DNA of 64,000 bases from assembly GCA_965199955.1 (NCBI GenBank), contig CBDATQ010000002.1, positions 517,694 to 581,693 on the forward strand, given 5' to 3'. Positions 56,774-64,000 of this stretch are shown here, piece after piece. Position 1 is the stretch's first letter. Every line of letters starts with the position of its first letter. The position numbers and the translations under genes are program-made. The DNA is from Spirochaetia bacterium. GTDB lineage: Bacteria > Spirochaetota > Spirochaetia > SZUA-6 > Bin103. Under the pieces are notes generated by a model. It was not told the origin of the DNA. It saw only the letters and a program-made list of their open reading frames with translations, and made no database searches.

Positions 56774-57787
56774 ATGGCTTTGTTCAACAACTTCTCAGAC
56801 ATCGGCATCGACTTGGGCACCTGCAATACCCTCGTGCACGTCAAGGGGAAGGGCATCGTGCTGACCGAGCCGTCCGTGGTCGCCATCGACCACGAAAGCA
56901 AGCAGGTGGTCGCCGTCGGTACCGAGGCCAAGCGCATGCTGTGGAAGGCGCCGCACACGATCGAGGCGGTGCGCCCGCTGCGTGACGGCGTGATCGCCGA
57001 CTTCGAAATGACCGAGCAGATGATCCGCCACTTCATCATGCAGGTCGCCCCGCGGCGCTGGTTCGTCAAGCCGCGCATGGTGATCGGCATCCCCGCCGGC
57101 GCCACCGAGGTGGAGAAACGGGCGGTTCAGGAGAGCGCCGAGCGGGCAGGCGCGCGCGAAGTGTTCGTGATCGAGGAGTCGATCGCGGCTGCTGTCGGCG
57201 CCGATCTGCCGATCATGGAGCCGGCCGGCCACATGATCTGCGACATCGGCGGCGGCACCACGGAAGTTTCGGTCATTTCGCTCGGAGGCATGGTCGTGTC
57301 GAATGCCATCCGTATCGGCGGCGACGAGTTCGATGAAGCGATCATCAAGCACGTGCGCACCGTCCACAACCTGGTGATCGGCCTCGAAACGGCCGAGAAG
57401 ATCAAGATCAAGATCGGCAACGCGGACCCGGACCAGAAGATCGTGCGCATGGAGATCAAGGGCCGCGACGCCATCACCGGCCTCCCGCACCGGCTGGAGG
57501 TGGACTCGATCGAGGTGTGCGAAGCGCTGCAGGAACCCACGCGCCAGATCCTGGAGGAGATCAAGCGGGCGCTGGGGCGCACGCCGGCGGAGTTGGCCTC
57601 CGACATCGTGGAGCGCGGCATCGTCATGACCGGTGGCGGCTCGCTCCTGCGCGGGTTGCCGCGCCTGATCGGTCGGGAGACCGGCGTGCCGGTGATCGTC
57701 GCGGAGCAACCTCTGCTGTGCGTTGCGCTCGGGGCCGGCAAGTACTTCGAGACAACCGGGATGAGCCAACGCCGGCAATACCGGTAA
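56774..57787 (+). CDS. mreB: rod shape-determining protein MreB
   Basis: Actin-fold motifs [11 protein letters not shown], ...[15 protein letters not shown]..., ...[13 protein letters not shown]... Confidence 0.95.
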   Translation: MALFNNFSDIGIDLGTCNTLVHVKGKGIVLTEPSVVAIDHESKQVVAVGTEAKRMLWKAPHTIEAVRPLRDGVIADFEMTEQMIRHFIMQVAPRRWFVKPRMVIGIPAGATEVEKRAVQESAERAGAREVFVIEESIAAAVGADLPIMEPAGHMICDIGGGTTEVSVISLGGMVVSNAIRIGGDEFDEAIIKHVRTVHNLVIGLETAEKIKIKIGNADPDQKIVRMEIKGRDAITGLPHRLEVDSIEVCEALQEPTRQILEEIKRALGRTPAELASDIVERGIVMTGGGSLLRGLPRLIGRETGVPVIVAEQPLLCVALGAGKYFETTGMSQRRQYR

Positions 57788-57828
57788 GGATCATGACGGT
57801 CCCGGGGAGTTGACCTGAGTACGCGTCC

Positions 57829-58662
57829 GTGACCGAGGTACGCCCCTTCGTCAGCCGCCGCCGTTCAGGCGTCACGTTCGCGGTTCTGCTGATCAGCTCG
57901 CTGCTGCTGGTGGGGTTGAGTCCCCAGCCCGGGCACGTGGGGCTGCTGTCACTGATGCAGGCGGGCATCAGTTCCGGCGTTCGTTGGGTCGCGGATTCGG
58001 TCGCCGCGATCGGGGAGCTCGGCCGAAGCAGGGCGGAGCTGCAGGAGCTGCGCGCCGAGCTGCTGAGGATGCAACAGAAGCAACGCGACAACGTACAGCT
58101 CAGGGTCGAGAACCGCAACCTGCGCGCCCTGCTCGACCTTCCCCGCGGCGCCGCTCCCACCGTGATTCCGGCGGAGGTGATCGGCCGCGACCCGGGGAGC
58201 CTGTTCAAGACGGTGACGATCAATCGTGGCCGCAGGCACGGCGTTCGTGTCGATGCCACGGTGGTCGCCGACGCCGGCGGCATCCAGGCACTGGTCGGGC
58301 GGGTGGCGTCGGTCTCATCCGTCACGGCGATGGTGAGGCCGATTCTGGATGCCCGCTCGTACGTCGCCGCGCGCCTGCAGCGCATCGAGCGCGACGGGCT
58401 GATCGAGGGTGACCCCGCCGGCAATCGGCTGGTCATGCGCTATGTGCCGCGCATCGCCGCGGAGGACCTGGCGGTCGACGACCTGGTGATCACCTCGGGC
58501 ATGCGCAGCCCCTATCCGCGTGGCATCTACATCGGCCGGGTCACCGAGCACCGTGACGGTGACGACCGGTCGACGATCGAGGTGATCGTGCAGCCACTGG
58601 TCGAGTTCGGCCGCCTGGACTACGTGCTGGTGCTGGATACCACGGATCCGGTCGATGGGTGA
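57829..58662 (+). CDS. mreC: rod shape-determining protein MreC
   Basis: N-terminal TM, coiled coil (...LRAELLRMQQKQRDNVQLRVENRNLRALL...), C-terminal beta domains. Conserved position after mreB. Confidence 0.85.
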   Translation: MTEVRPFVSRRRSGVTFAVLLISSLLLVGLSPQPGHVGLLSLMQAGISSGVRWVADSVAAIGELGRSRAELQELRAELLRMQQKQRDNVQLRVENRNLRALLDLPRGAAPTVIPAEVIGRDPGSLFKTVTINRGRRHGVRVDATVVADAGGIQALVGRVASVSSVTAMVRPILDARSYVAARLQRIERDGLIEGDPAGNRLVMRYVPRIAAEDLAVDDLVITSGMRSPYPRGIYIGRVTEHRDGDDRSTIEVIVQPLVEFGRLDYVLVLDTTDPVDG

Positions 58663-59197
58663 CGTCCGCGTCATCCTGGCGACCACGCTGCTCGCCGCCG
58701 CCGCCTCCCTGCTGAGCTCGACGCTGCTGTCGTGGGTGGCGGTGGCCGGCGTCAAGCCGGACCTTGCCCTGGTGATCGTCGCCCTGATGGCGATGCGCAG
58801 GGGCAGCATGCCCGGCCAGATCGCGGGGTTCGCCTCGGGCCTGATTGCGGACACGATCAGCGCGGCCCCGCTGGGGCTCACCGCCATGACCCGCACGGTG
58901 GTAGGGTACGTGGTAGGCCGTATGGAAGGCTTGATCAGCGTCGACTGGCTGCTGCTGCCGGCCGCGGTGTCGATCGCCGCCACGGTGCTCAAGGCCGTCA
59001 CGCTCGCGGCCGTGGAGCTGGCCGTACCCTGGATCTCCAGCCGCTACGGGATCGGACCGTCCGCGTTCCTGACCAGCTTCCTGATCGAAGCGGGACTGAA
59101 CGCCGTGGCCGCCCCCGCCATGTACGTGTTGCTCAGCGTGCTGCCGGGCATGCGCGAGCCCGCGTCGAACCAGGTGCGGCGCCGGGTGCGACGTTGA
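58655..59197 (+). CDS. mreD: rod shape-determining protein MreD
   Basis: Polytopic hydrophobic 180-aa protein overlapping mreC by 8 nt. ...GVKPDLALVIVALMAM...GFASGLIADTIS... fits the MreD pattern. Confidence 0.7.
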   Translation: MGDVRVILATTLLAAAASLLSSTLLSWVAVAGVKPDLALVIVALMAMRRGSMPGQIAGFASGLIADTISAAPLGLTAMTRTVVGYVVGRMEGLISVDWLLLPAAVSIAATVLKAVTLAAVELAVPWISSRYGIGPSAFLTSFLIEAGLNAVAAPAMYVLLSVLPGMREPASNQVRRRVRR

Positions 59198-59244
59198 ACG
59201 GCCCCCACGCCGACGATTCCGCCCCGGTCTCCCGCCTTGCGGCA

Positions 59245-61131
59245 ATGCGCATCGCGCTGCTGTGCGTGCTCGGCGGCCTGGCGCTCTACCTGTTCGTGCT
59301 GCAGGTGATCAAGGGCGTCGAGTTCGAAGAACTGGCGAAGCAGTTCGCCCAACGCAAGACCGTGGTGCCGGCGCAGCGCGGAGCGATCTACGACGGATCG
59401 TACACGCGGCCGCTGGTCGCCAATCGGCCCGCGTTCTCCATCGACGTCACTCCCGCGCTGGTGCCCGGCGACCGGGGTGACCTGGACGCCTTGCTCACCT
59501 CGCTCGCGGAGGCGCTCGACATCGACCCGGACTACATGGCCGGGCAGGTGCCCCTGAACGAGAGCCACCTGTTCCAACCGATCGAGGTCCTCTCGGGCGC
59601 CGACTTTCCGACCGTGGCCTACCTCGGCGAGCACATCCACCGGTTCCAGGGCGTGTCCTGGCGCAACGAGCCGGTGCGCGACTACAGCGACCTCGGCGCC
59701 CTGGCGCACGTGATCGGCTACGTGGGCGAGATCAATGTCGAGGAGCTCCAGGTCCTGTACAACGAGGGATACCGCAAGGGCGACACGATCGGCAAGAGCG
59801 GTCTGGAGCAGCGGTATGACGCGCGCCTGCGCGGGACGCCGGGGCTGAGCTACCGGACCGTGGACGCGCTCCAGCGGGACCTGGGCACCCGCGAGGGCCG
59901 CCCGCCCGTACCCGGCAACGACCTGGTGCTCACCATCGACGCGCGCATCCAGCGCCTGGCCGAGGGTGCTCTGGCCGGCCGCATCGGCTCGGTGGTCGTG
60001 CTGCGGCCGACCACCGGCGAGATTCTGGCCATGGTCTCCTATCCGTGGTTCGATCCCGGCGCGTTTCGCGGCGGCGGCGGGGCGCAGGCGCTGCGCGGAG
60101 CGCTGCAGGATCCGACCCATCCGTTCGTCAACCGGGCCGTGCACTCTGCGTACCCGCCGGCATCGGTGTTCAAGCTGATCATGAGCATCGCGGTGCTGGA
60201 GGAGCGGCTCATCGCGCCGGAGGAGCAGATCAACTGCAAGGGGAGATTCTTTCTGGGCAGGGGGGAATGGGACGACCACAAGCCGGAGGGGCACGGCTGG
60301 GTCGACCTGCGCAAAGGCTTGGCGGAGTCCTGCAACATCTACTACTACACGGTCGGCCATCGGCTGGGCGTGGAGCGCATCGTCCACTACGCGCGGGCGC
60401 TGGGCCTTGGCAGCCCCACCGGCATCGAGCTGCCGCGCGAGCAGGCCGGTTTCCTGCCCACTCCCGCCTGGAAGCAGCGCCAGCACAGCGAGCCGTGGGT
60501 GGGAGGCGACACCATCAACATGTCGATCGGCCAGGGGTTCGTCACCGCGACCCCGTTGCAGATCGCCAACGTGGTGGCGGCGATCGCCAATGACGGCGTC
60601 GTCTATCGTCCCTACCTGGTGAAGGAGGTGCGTGACGGCGGCGACGGATCGCTGATCAAGCGAGCGTCGCCGGTACCGCTGCTGGAGGTCGACGTGCAGC
60701 CGGAGACCTTCGCGTTCATGCGCGAGGCGATGCGACACACGGTGACCGACGGAACCCCGGCGGTGGCGATCACGACGCCGGCGGTGCAGGCGGCCGGCAA
60801 GACGGGCACGGCCCAGATTCGCTCCAAGGACTTCGACGGGCCGGAGCTCAAGCACTCGTGGTTCGCGGCCTACGCGCCCGCCGACGCTCTGCCGGAAGAT
60901 CAGGTGGTGGTGGTCGTCATGGCGGAAGCCACCGATTACTGGGAGTGGTGGTCGCCGAAGGCGGCCAACGTGCTGCTGCACGGGATGTTCACCGGACTGG
61001 ACTACAAGGACGTGATAAGCGACCTGCAGCCCCATACCCCCATGTACAACCTACTGGGTGAGCCCAGGCCGGAAGAAGAGACAGAGGAAGAAGCGGACGG
61101 AGGGGATGACGGCGATGCCGAAGCGGGCTGA
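59245..61131 (+). CDS. mrdA: penicillin-binding protein 2 (elongasome transpeptidase)
   Basis: TM anchor then the PBP dimerisation domain and transpeptidase motifs SVFK (...PPASVFKLI...), SCN (...ESCNIYYY...), KTG (...AAGKTGTAQ...). Possible upstream TTG start at 59194 overlapping the mreD stop. Confidence 0.85.
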   Translation: MRIALLCVLGGLALYLFVLQVIKGVEFEELAKQFAQRKTVVPAQRGAIYDGSYTRPLVANRPAFSIDVTPALVPGDRGDLDALLTSLAEALDIDPDYMAGQVPLNESHLFQPIEVLSGADFPTVAYLGEHIHRFQGVSWRNEPVRDYSDLGALAHVIGYVGEINVEELQVLYNEGYRKGDTIGKSGLEQRYDARLRGTPGLSYRTVDALQRDLGTREGRPPVPGNDLVLTIDARIQRLAEGALAGRIGSVVVLRPTTGEILAMVSYPWFDPGAFRGGGGAQALRGALQDPTHPFVNRAVHSAYPPASVFKLIMSIAVLEERLIAPEEQINCKGRFFLGRGEWDDHKPEGHGWVDLRKGLAESCNIYYYTVGHRLGVERIVHYARALGLGSPTGIELPREQAGFLPTPAWKQRQHSEPWVGGDTINMSIGQGFVTATPLQIANVVAAIANDGVVYRPYLVKEVRDGGDGSLIKRASPVPLLEVDVQPETFAFMREAMRHTVTDGTPAVAITTPAVQAAGKTGTAQIRSKDFDGPELKHSWFAAYAPADALPEDQVVVVVMAEATDYWEWWSPKAANVLLHGMFTGLDYKDVISDLQPHTPMYNLLGEPRPEEETEEEADGGDDGDAEAG

Positions 61132-61152
61132 CCGCCGGGGCGGTACGCGACG

Positions 61153-62562
61153 GTGACCGGCGGCGACGGGGCGCGGGCGGTGCCGCTGCTCGGCGCCACC
61201 GCGGCGCTAGTCGCGATCGGCGTCCTGTTCATCTACTCGAGCGGCGTCGACTCCACCGGCGAGTCGGTGTCCCGGGAGTGGATCAAGCAGATCGTCTGGG
61301 CGCTGACCGGGTTCGCGCTCCTGGCCGTGGTCGCCGCGGCGGGGCCGGGCTGGCTGCAGGCGGGGGCTTCCGCCTTGTACGCAGGTGGGCTGGTGCTGCT
61401 GGCGGCCACCGCCCTGTTCGGCAGGGAGGTGAACGGCGCCCGCGCCTGGATCGGCATCGGCGACTTCGGCGTGCAGCCGTCGGAGTTCGCGAAGCTCACC
61501 ACCATCCTGTTCCTGGCGTCCTACCTGGCCGGCATCGGCAACGGTATCAAGGAGCTGCCGCGCTTCGCGCTGGGCCTGGCGATCGTGCTGCTGCCGGTCG
61601 GGCTGGTCCTGCTGCAGCCCGACATGGGCACGGCGATGGTCTACGTGCCGATCTTCCTGGTGGCGTCGCTGGTTTCAGGAGCGGAGATTCGCCATCTGGC
61701 GTTCATCCTGGGCGCGACGGTCGTCACCTTCGCCATGGCGGTGCTGCCGGATCTGAACCCCGAGGGCATCCTGCGCACGATCGCCACGGCGTTGCTCGAC
61801 CCCGGTATCGTGCGGCTCGCCGCCATGGCGCTGCTGGCGATCGTCGGCCTGGCGGTCCTCGGCTACCGGCTCAGCCGCAGCCGCTGGCTGTACTGGGTCG
61901 GCTACCTCACGTCCATCGTACTGGGCGGGGTGACAGGGGCGGCGCTGGTGCGGTCCGTTCTGAAGCCATACCAGATCGTCCGCCTAGCGGCGTTCCTGGA
62001 GCCGTGGGCGGATCTGCGCGGCGCCGGCTGGAACATCATCCAGTCGAAGACGGCCGTGGGGTCGGGCGGGCTGGCCGGGAAAGGGTATCTGCAGGGCACG
62101 CAGAGCCACTATCAGTTCCTGCCCCAGCAGAGCACGGACTTCATCTTCTCCATCCTGGCCGAGGAGTGGGGATTCCGCGGCTCGCTGCTGGTGCTCGGGC
62201 TGTTCGCCGTCATCCTGCTGCGATCGATCGCCATATGCCGGCGTGCACGCGACGACTTCGGCGTGGCGATGGCCGCCGGCGTCATCGGCATGTTCGCCAC
62301 CCACGTGCTGGTCAACATCGGAGTGGCGAGCGGCATCATGCCGATCACCGGCATTCCGCTGACGTTCGTCTCCTACGGCGGTTCCGCTCTGTGGACGGGG
62401 CTGCTGGCGGTCGGCATGCTGCTGGCGTTGCTGCGTCCGGGTGCGGGCGGGGCGATGCGTTTCTCGTCACGCTTGACCGCATCCCAGTGGCGGTCGAGTT
62501 CCGCCAACGGCAGCTCGCCCAAGGTGGCGCCGGTTTCACGCACGCGCCGCTCCACTTCCTGA
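61153..62562 (+). CDS. rodA: peptidoglycan glycosyltransferase RodA (SEDS family)
   Basis: Ten-TM SEDS protein. ...GAGWNIIQSKTAVGSGGLAGKGYLQGTQSHYQFLPQQSTDFIFSILAEEWGF...PLTFVSYGGSAL... The C-terminal ~55 aa is a non-conserved run-on overlapping convergent mazG. Confidence 0.85.
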   Translation: MTGGDGARAVPLLGATAALVAIGVLFIYSSGVDSTGESVSREWIKQIVWALTGFALLAVVAAAGPGWLQAGASALYAGGLVLLAATALFGREVNGARAWIGIGDFGVQPSEFAKLTTILFLASYLAGIGNGIKELPRFALGLAIVLLPVGLVLLQPDMGTAMVYVPIFLVASLVSGAEIRHLAFILGATVVTFAMAVLPDLNPEGILRTIATALLDPGIVRLAAMALLAIVGLAVLGYRLSRSRWLYWVGYLTSIVLGGVTGAALVRSVLKPYQIVRLAAFLEPWADLRGAGWNIIQSKTAVGSGGLAGKGYLQGTQSHYQFLPQQSTDFIFSILAEEWGFRGSLLVLGLFAVILLRSIAICRRARDDFGVAMAAGVIGMFATHVLVNIGVASGIMPITGIPLTFVSYGGSALWTGLLAVGMLLALLRPGAGGAMRFSSRLTASQWRSSSANGSSPKVAPVSRTRRSTS

Positions 62563-63290
62563 AACCGGCATCGGAATCTCCGGTTTGCGCCGTTCAGCGC
62601 CAGCAGCGGATCGACCCGCAGGTGGCGGGACAGGTTGACCACCGCGAACAGAAGGTCGCCCAGCTCCTCTTCGGTGCGTTGCGGCTCGATCCCGGCCGCC
62701 TGGTCGACCTCGGCCAGTTCTTCGGCCACCTTCGCGAACACCGGACGAGCGTCGTCCCAGTCGAACCCGACGGTGGCGGCGGCGGACTGCAGGTCGACGG
62801 CATGGCGGAGTGGGCTGGGTGACGAGCCGACCGAGTCGAGCGCGGAGGAACGGGGCTCGGGTTCGCGCCTCTCGCTCTGCTTGATCCGCTCCCACTGGCG
62901 CAACACTCCGTCGGCATCGGTGGGATAGCCCCCGTCCGTCCGGCCGCCGGCGGGCGGGAATACGTGCGGGTGGCGGCGGCGGAGCTTGTCGACCACGCCG
63001 GTCAGCACGTCGGCCACTGCGAAGGAATCCTCCTGTTCCTTCATGCGGGCGATCATCGTCGCGATCAGCACCACGTCGCCCAGTTCCTCGTTCAGGTTGT
63101 CATCGTCGCCGGCATCGATCGCCGAGATGGCCTCGAACGCCTCCTCCAGGAGCATGGTCCGCATCGACTGGGGGGTCTGCTCGCGATCCCAGGGACAGCC
63201 GTCCGGCGCACGCAGTCGGCAGACGGTCCGGTACAGCTCGGCGAAGGCTGCGCCGGGGCGTTCGGCGTTCGGTGACGGTGTGGACTCCAT
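62373..63290 (-). CDS. mazG: nucleoside triphosphate pyrophosphohydrolase MazG
   Basis: Two MazG-type EExxE/D blocks (...LLEEAFEAISAIDAGD...LNEELGDVVL... and ...VAEELAEVDQA...EEELGDLLFAVVNL...). Confidence 0.85.
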   Translation of the reverse strand: MESTPSPNAERPGAAFAELYRTVCRLRAPDGCPWDREQTPQSMRTMLLEEAFEAISAIDAGDDDNLNEELGDVVLIATMIARMKEQEDSFAVADVLTGVVDKLRRRHPHVFPPAGGRTDGGYPTDADGVLRQWERIKQSERREPEPRSSALDSVGSSPSPLRHAVDLQSAAATVGFDWDDARPVFAKVAEELAEVDQAAGIEPQRTEEELGDLLFAVVNLSRHLRVDPLLALNGANRRFRCRFQEVERRVRETGATLGELPLAELDRHWDAVKRDEKRIAPPAPGRSNASSMPTASSPVHRAEPP

Positions 63291-63391
63291 GGAGTTCGCT
63301 CCGAGGGCCGCCGGGTGTTGCGACCCGCCCCGGCGTGGTAGGCTTCGGCCTTAACGGTAGCGCATCGCCGCTGCCGGTGCATCCGCTGTCC

Positions 63392-64000
63392 ATGCGCATT
63401 GCATCCGTCTCGCTCAAACACCCCTCCCGGCTGGTTACCAATGACGAGATCGTCACGTTGCTGCAGCAGTGCAGCAACGGCGTCGACCCGAAGGTGCTGC
63501 GCAAGTACCAGCGGCTGGTGCGCGGGTTGCTGAAGCGCACCGGATCGGTGACACGCTACGTCCGGGACGTACAGCGGGGCGAGCGGGCCAGCGACCTGGT
63601 CAGGGACGCGATACTGCAGGCTCTGGAGCAGGCGGCGATTGCGCCTGCCGACATCGATCTGTTGATCTATTGCGGGGTGGGCAAGGGGTTCCTGGAGCCC
63701 GCCAACGCCTATTTCTACGCGCAGGCCACGGGCCTCACCTGTTCGTGCTTCGACATCGCCGATGCCTGCATGAGCTGGATGCGCGCGCTGGAGATCTCGT
63801 ACCGGTTCCTGCGGTCCGGGACGCTCCGCACCGCGATGATCGTCAACGGAGAGTTCAACTACAAGGAGCACGGGTACCCTGAGAACTTCGAGGTGAAAGG
63901 TCTCGAGCAGCTCGAATACACGTTCCCGACCTACACCATCGGCGAGGCGGCGACCGCCACCATCGTCACCGCGTCGGACGCCGAGTGGCGCTTCGACTAC
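63392..64000 (+). CDS. 3-oxoacyl-ACP synthase III (FabH)-like thiolase-fold protein, N-terminal part (3' end outside window)
   Basis: Hand translation from the ATG at 63392: MRIASVSLKHPSRLVTNDEIV...GLTCSCFDIADACMSWMRALEI... with the KAS-III-type active-site Cys context. Open to the window end, so absent from the ORF track. Confidence 0.55.
   Translation, partial: MRIASVSLKHPSRLVTNDEIVTLLQQCSNGVDPKVLRKYQRLVRGLLKRTGSVTRYVRDVQRGERASDLVRDAILQALEQAAIAPADIDLLIYCGVGKGFLEPANAYFYAQATGLTCSCFDIADACMSWMRALEISYRFLRSGTLRTAMIVNGEFNYKEHGYPENFEVKGLEQLEYTFPTYTIGEAATATIVTASDAEWRFDY

Overview
High-GC (~70%) bacterial chromosomal segment. The gene content (mreBCD-mrdA-rodA, PD40/TolB-like propeller lipoproteins, FG-GAP proteins, many Gfo/Idh/MocA oxidoreductases) suggests a diderm, soil-type bacterium. 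Phylum cannot be assigned from sequence alone. Bases 1-29300 form an accessory, carbohydrate- and oxygenase-rich region showing gene decay. It carries an intact IS1634-family insertion sequence, several frameshifted or truncated genes (PhyH, aldo/keto reductase, heparinase II/III fragment, an in-frame TGA, a truncated UxuA duplicate), a PhyH-HEAT fusion oxygenase, TauD, a GH140-like hydrolase, BNR/sialidase-like proteins and two predicted PD-(D/E)XK-fold orphan proteins. Bases 29300-64000 are conserved core genes: rnhB, smc, an FtsH-like protease, an S41-like/TolB-like operon, ffh-rpsP-KH-rimM-trmD-rplS, yraN, rpmF-acpP-rnc, a CCA-family nucleotidyltransferase, thiamine pyrophosphokinase, chorismate mutase, tRNA-Thr, tRNA-Tyr, ykgJ, mltG, dnaG-rpoD, RNase P RNA, mreBCD-mrdA-rodA, mazG and the start of a fabH-like gene. 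No CRISPR array or prophage was seen. The six-frame track contains many long Arg/Ala/Pro-rich ORFs that are typical high-GC frame artefacts; these were not called. All coordinates were derived from the ORF track and by reading the sequence; no database search or computation was possible.
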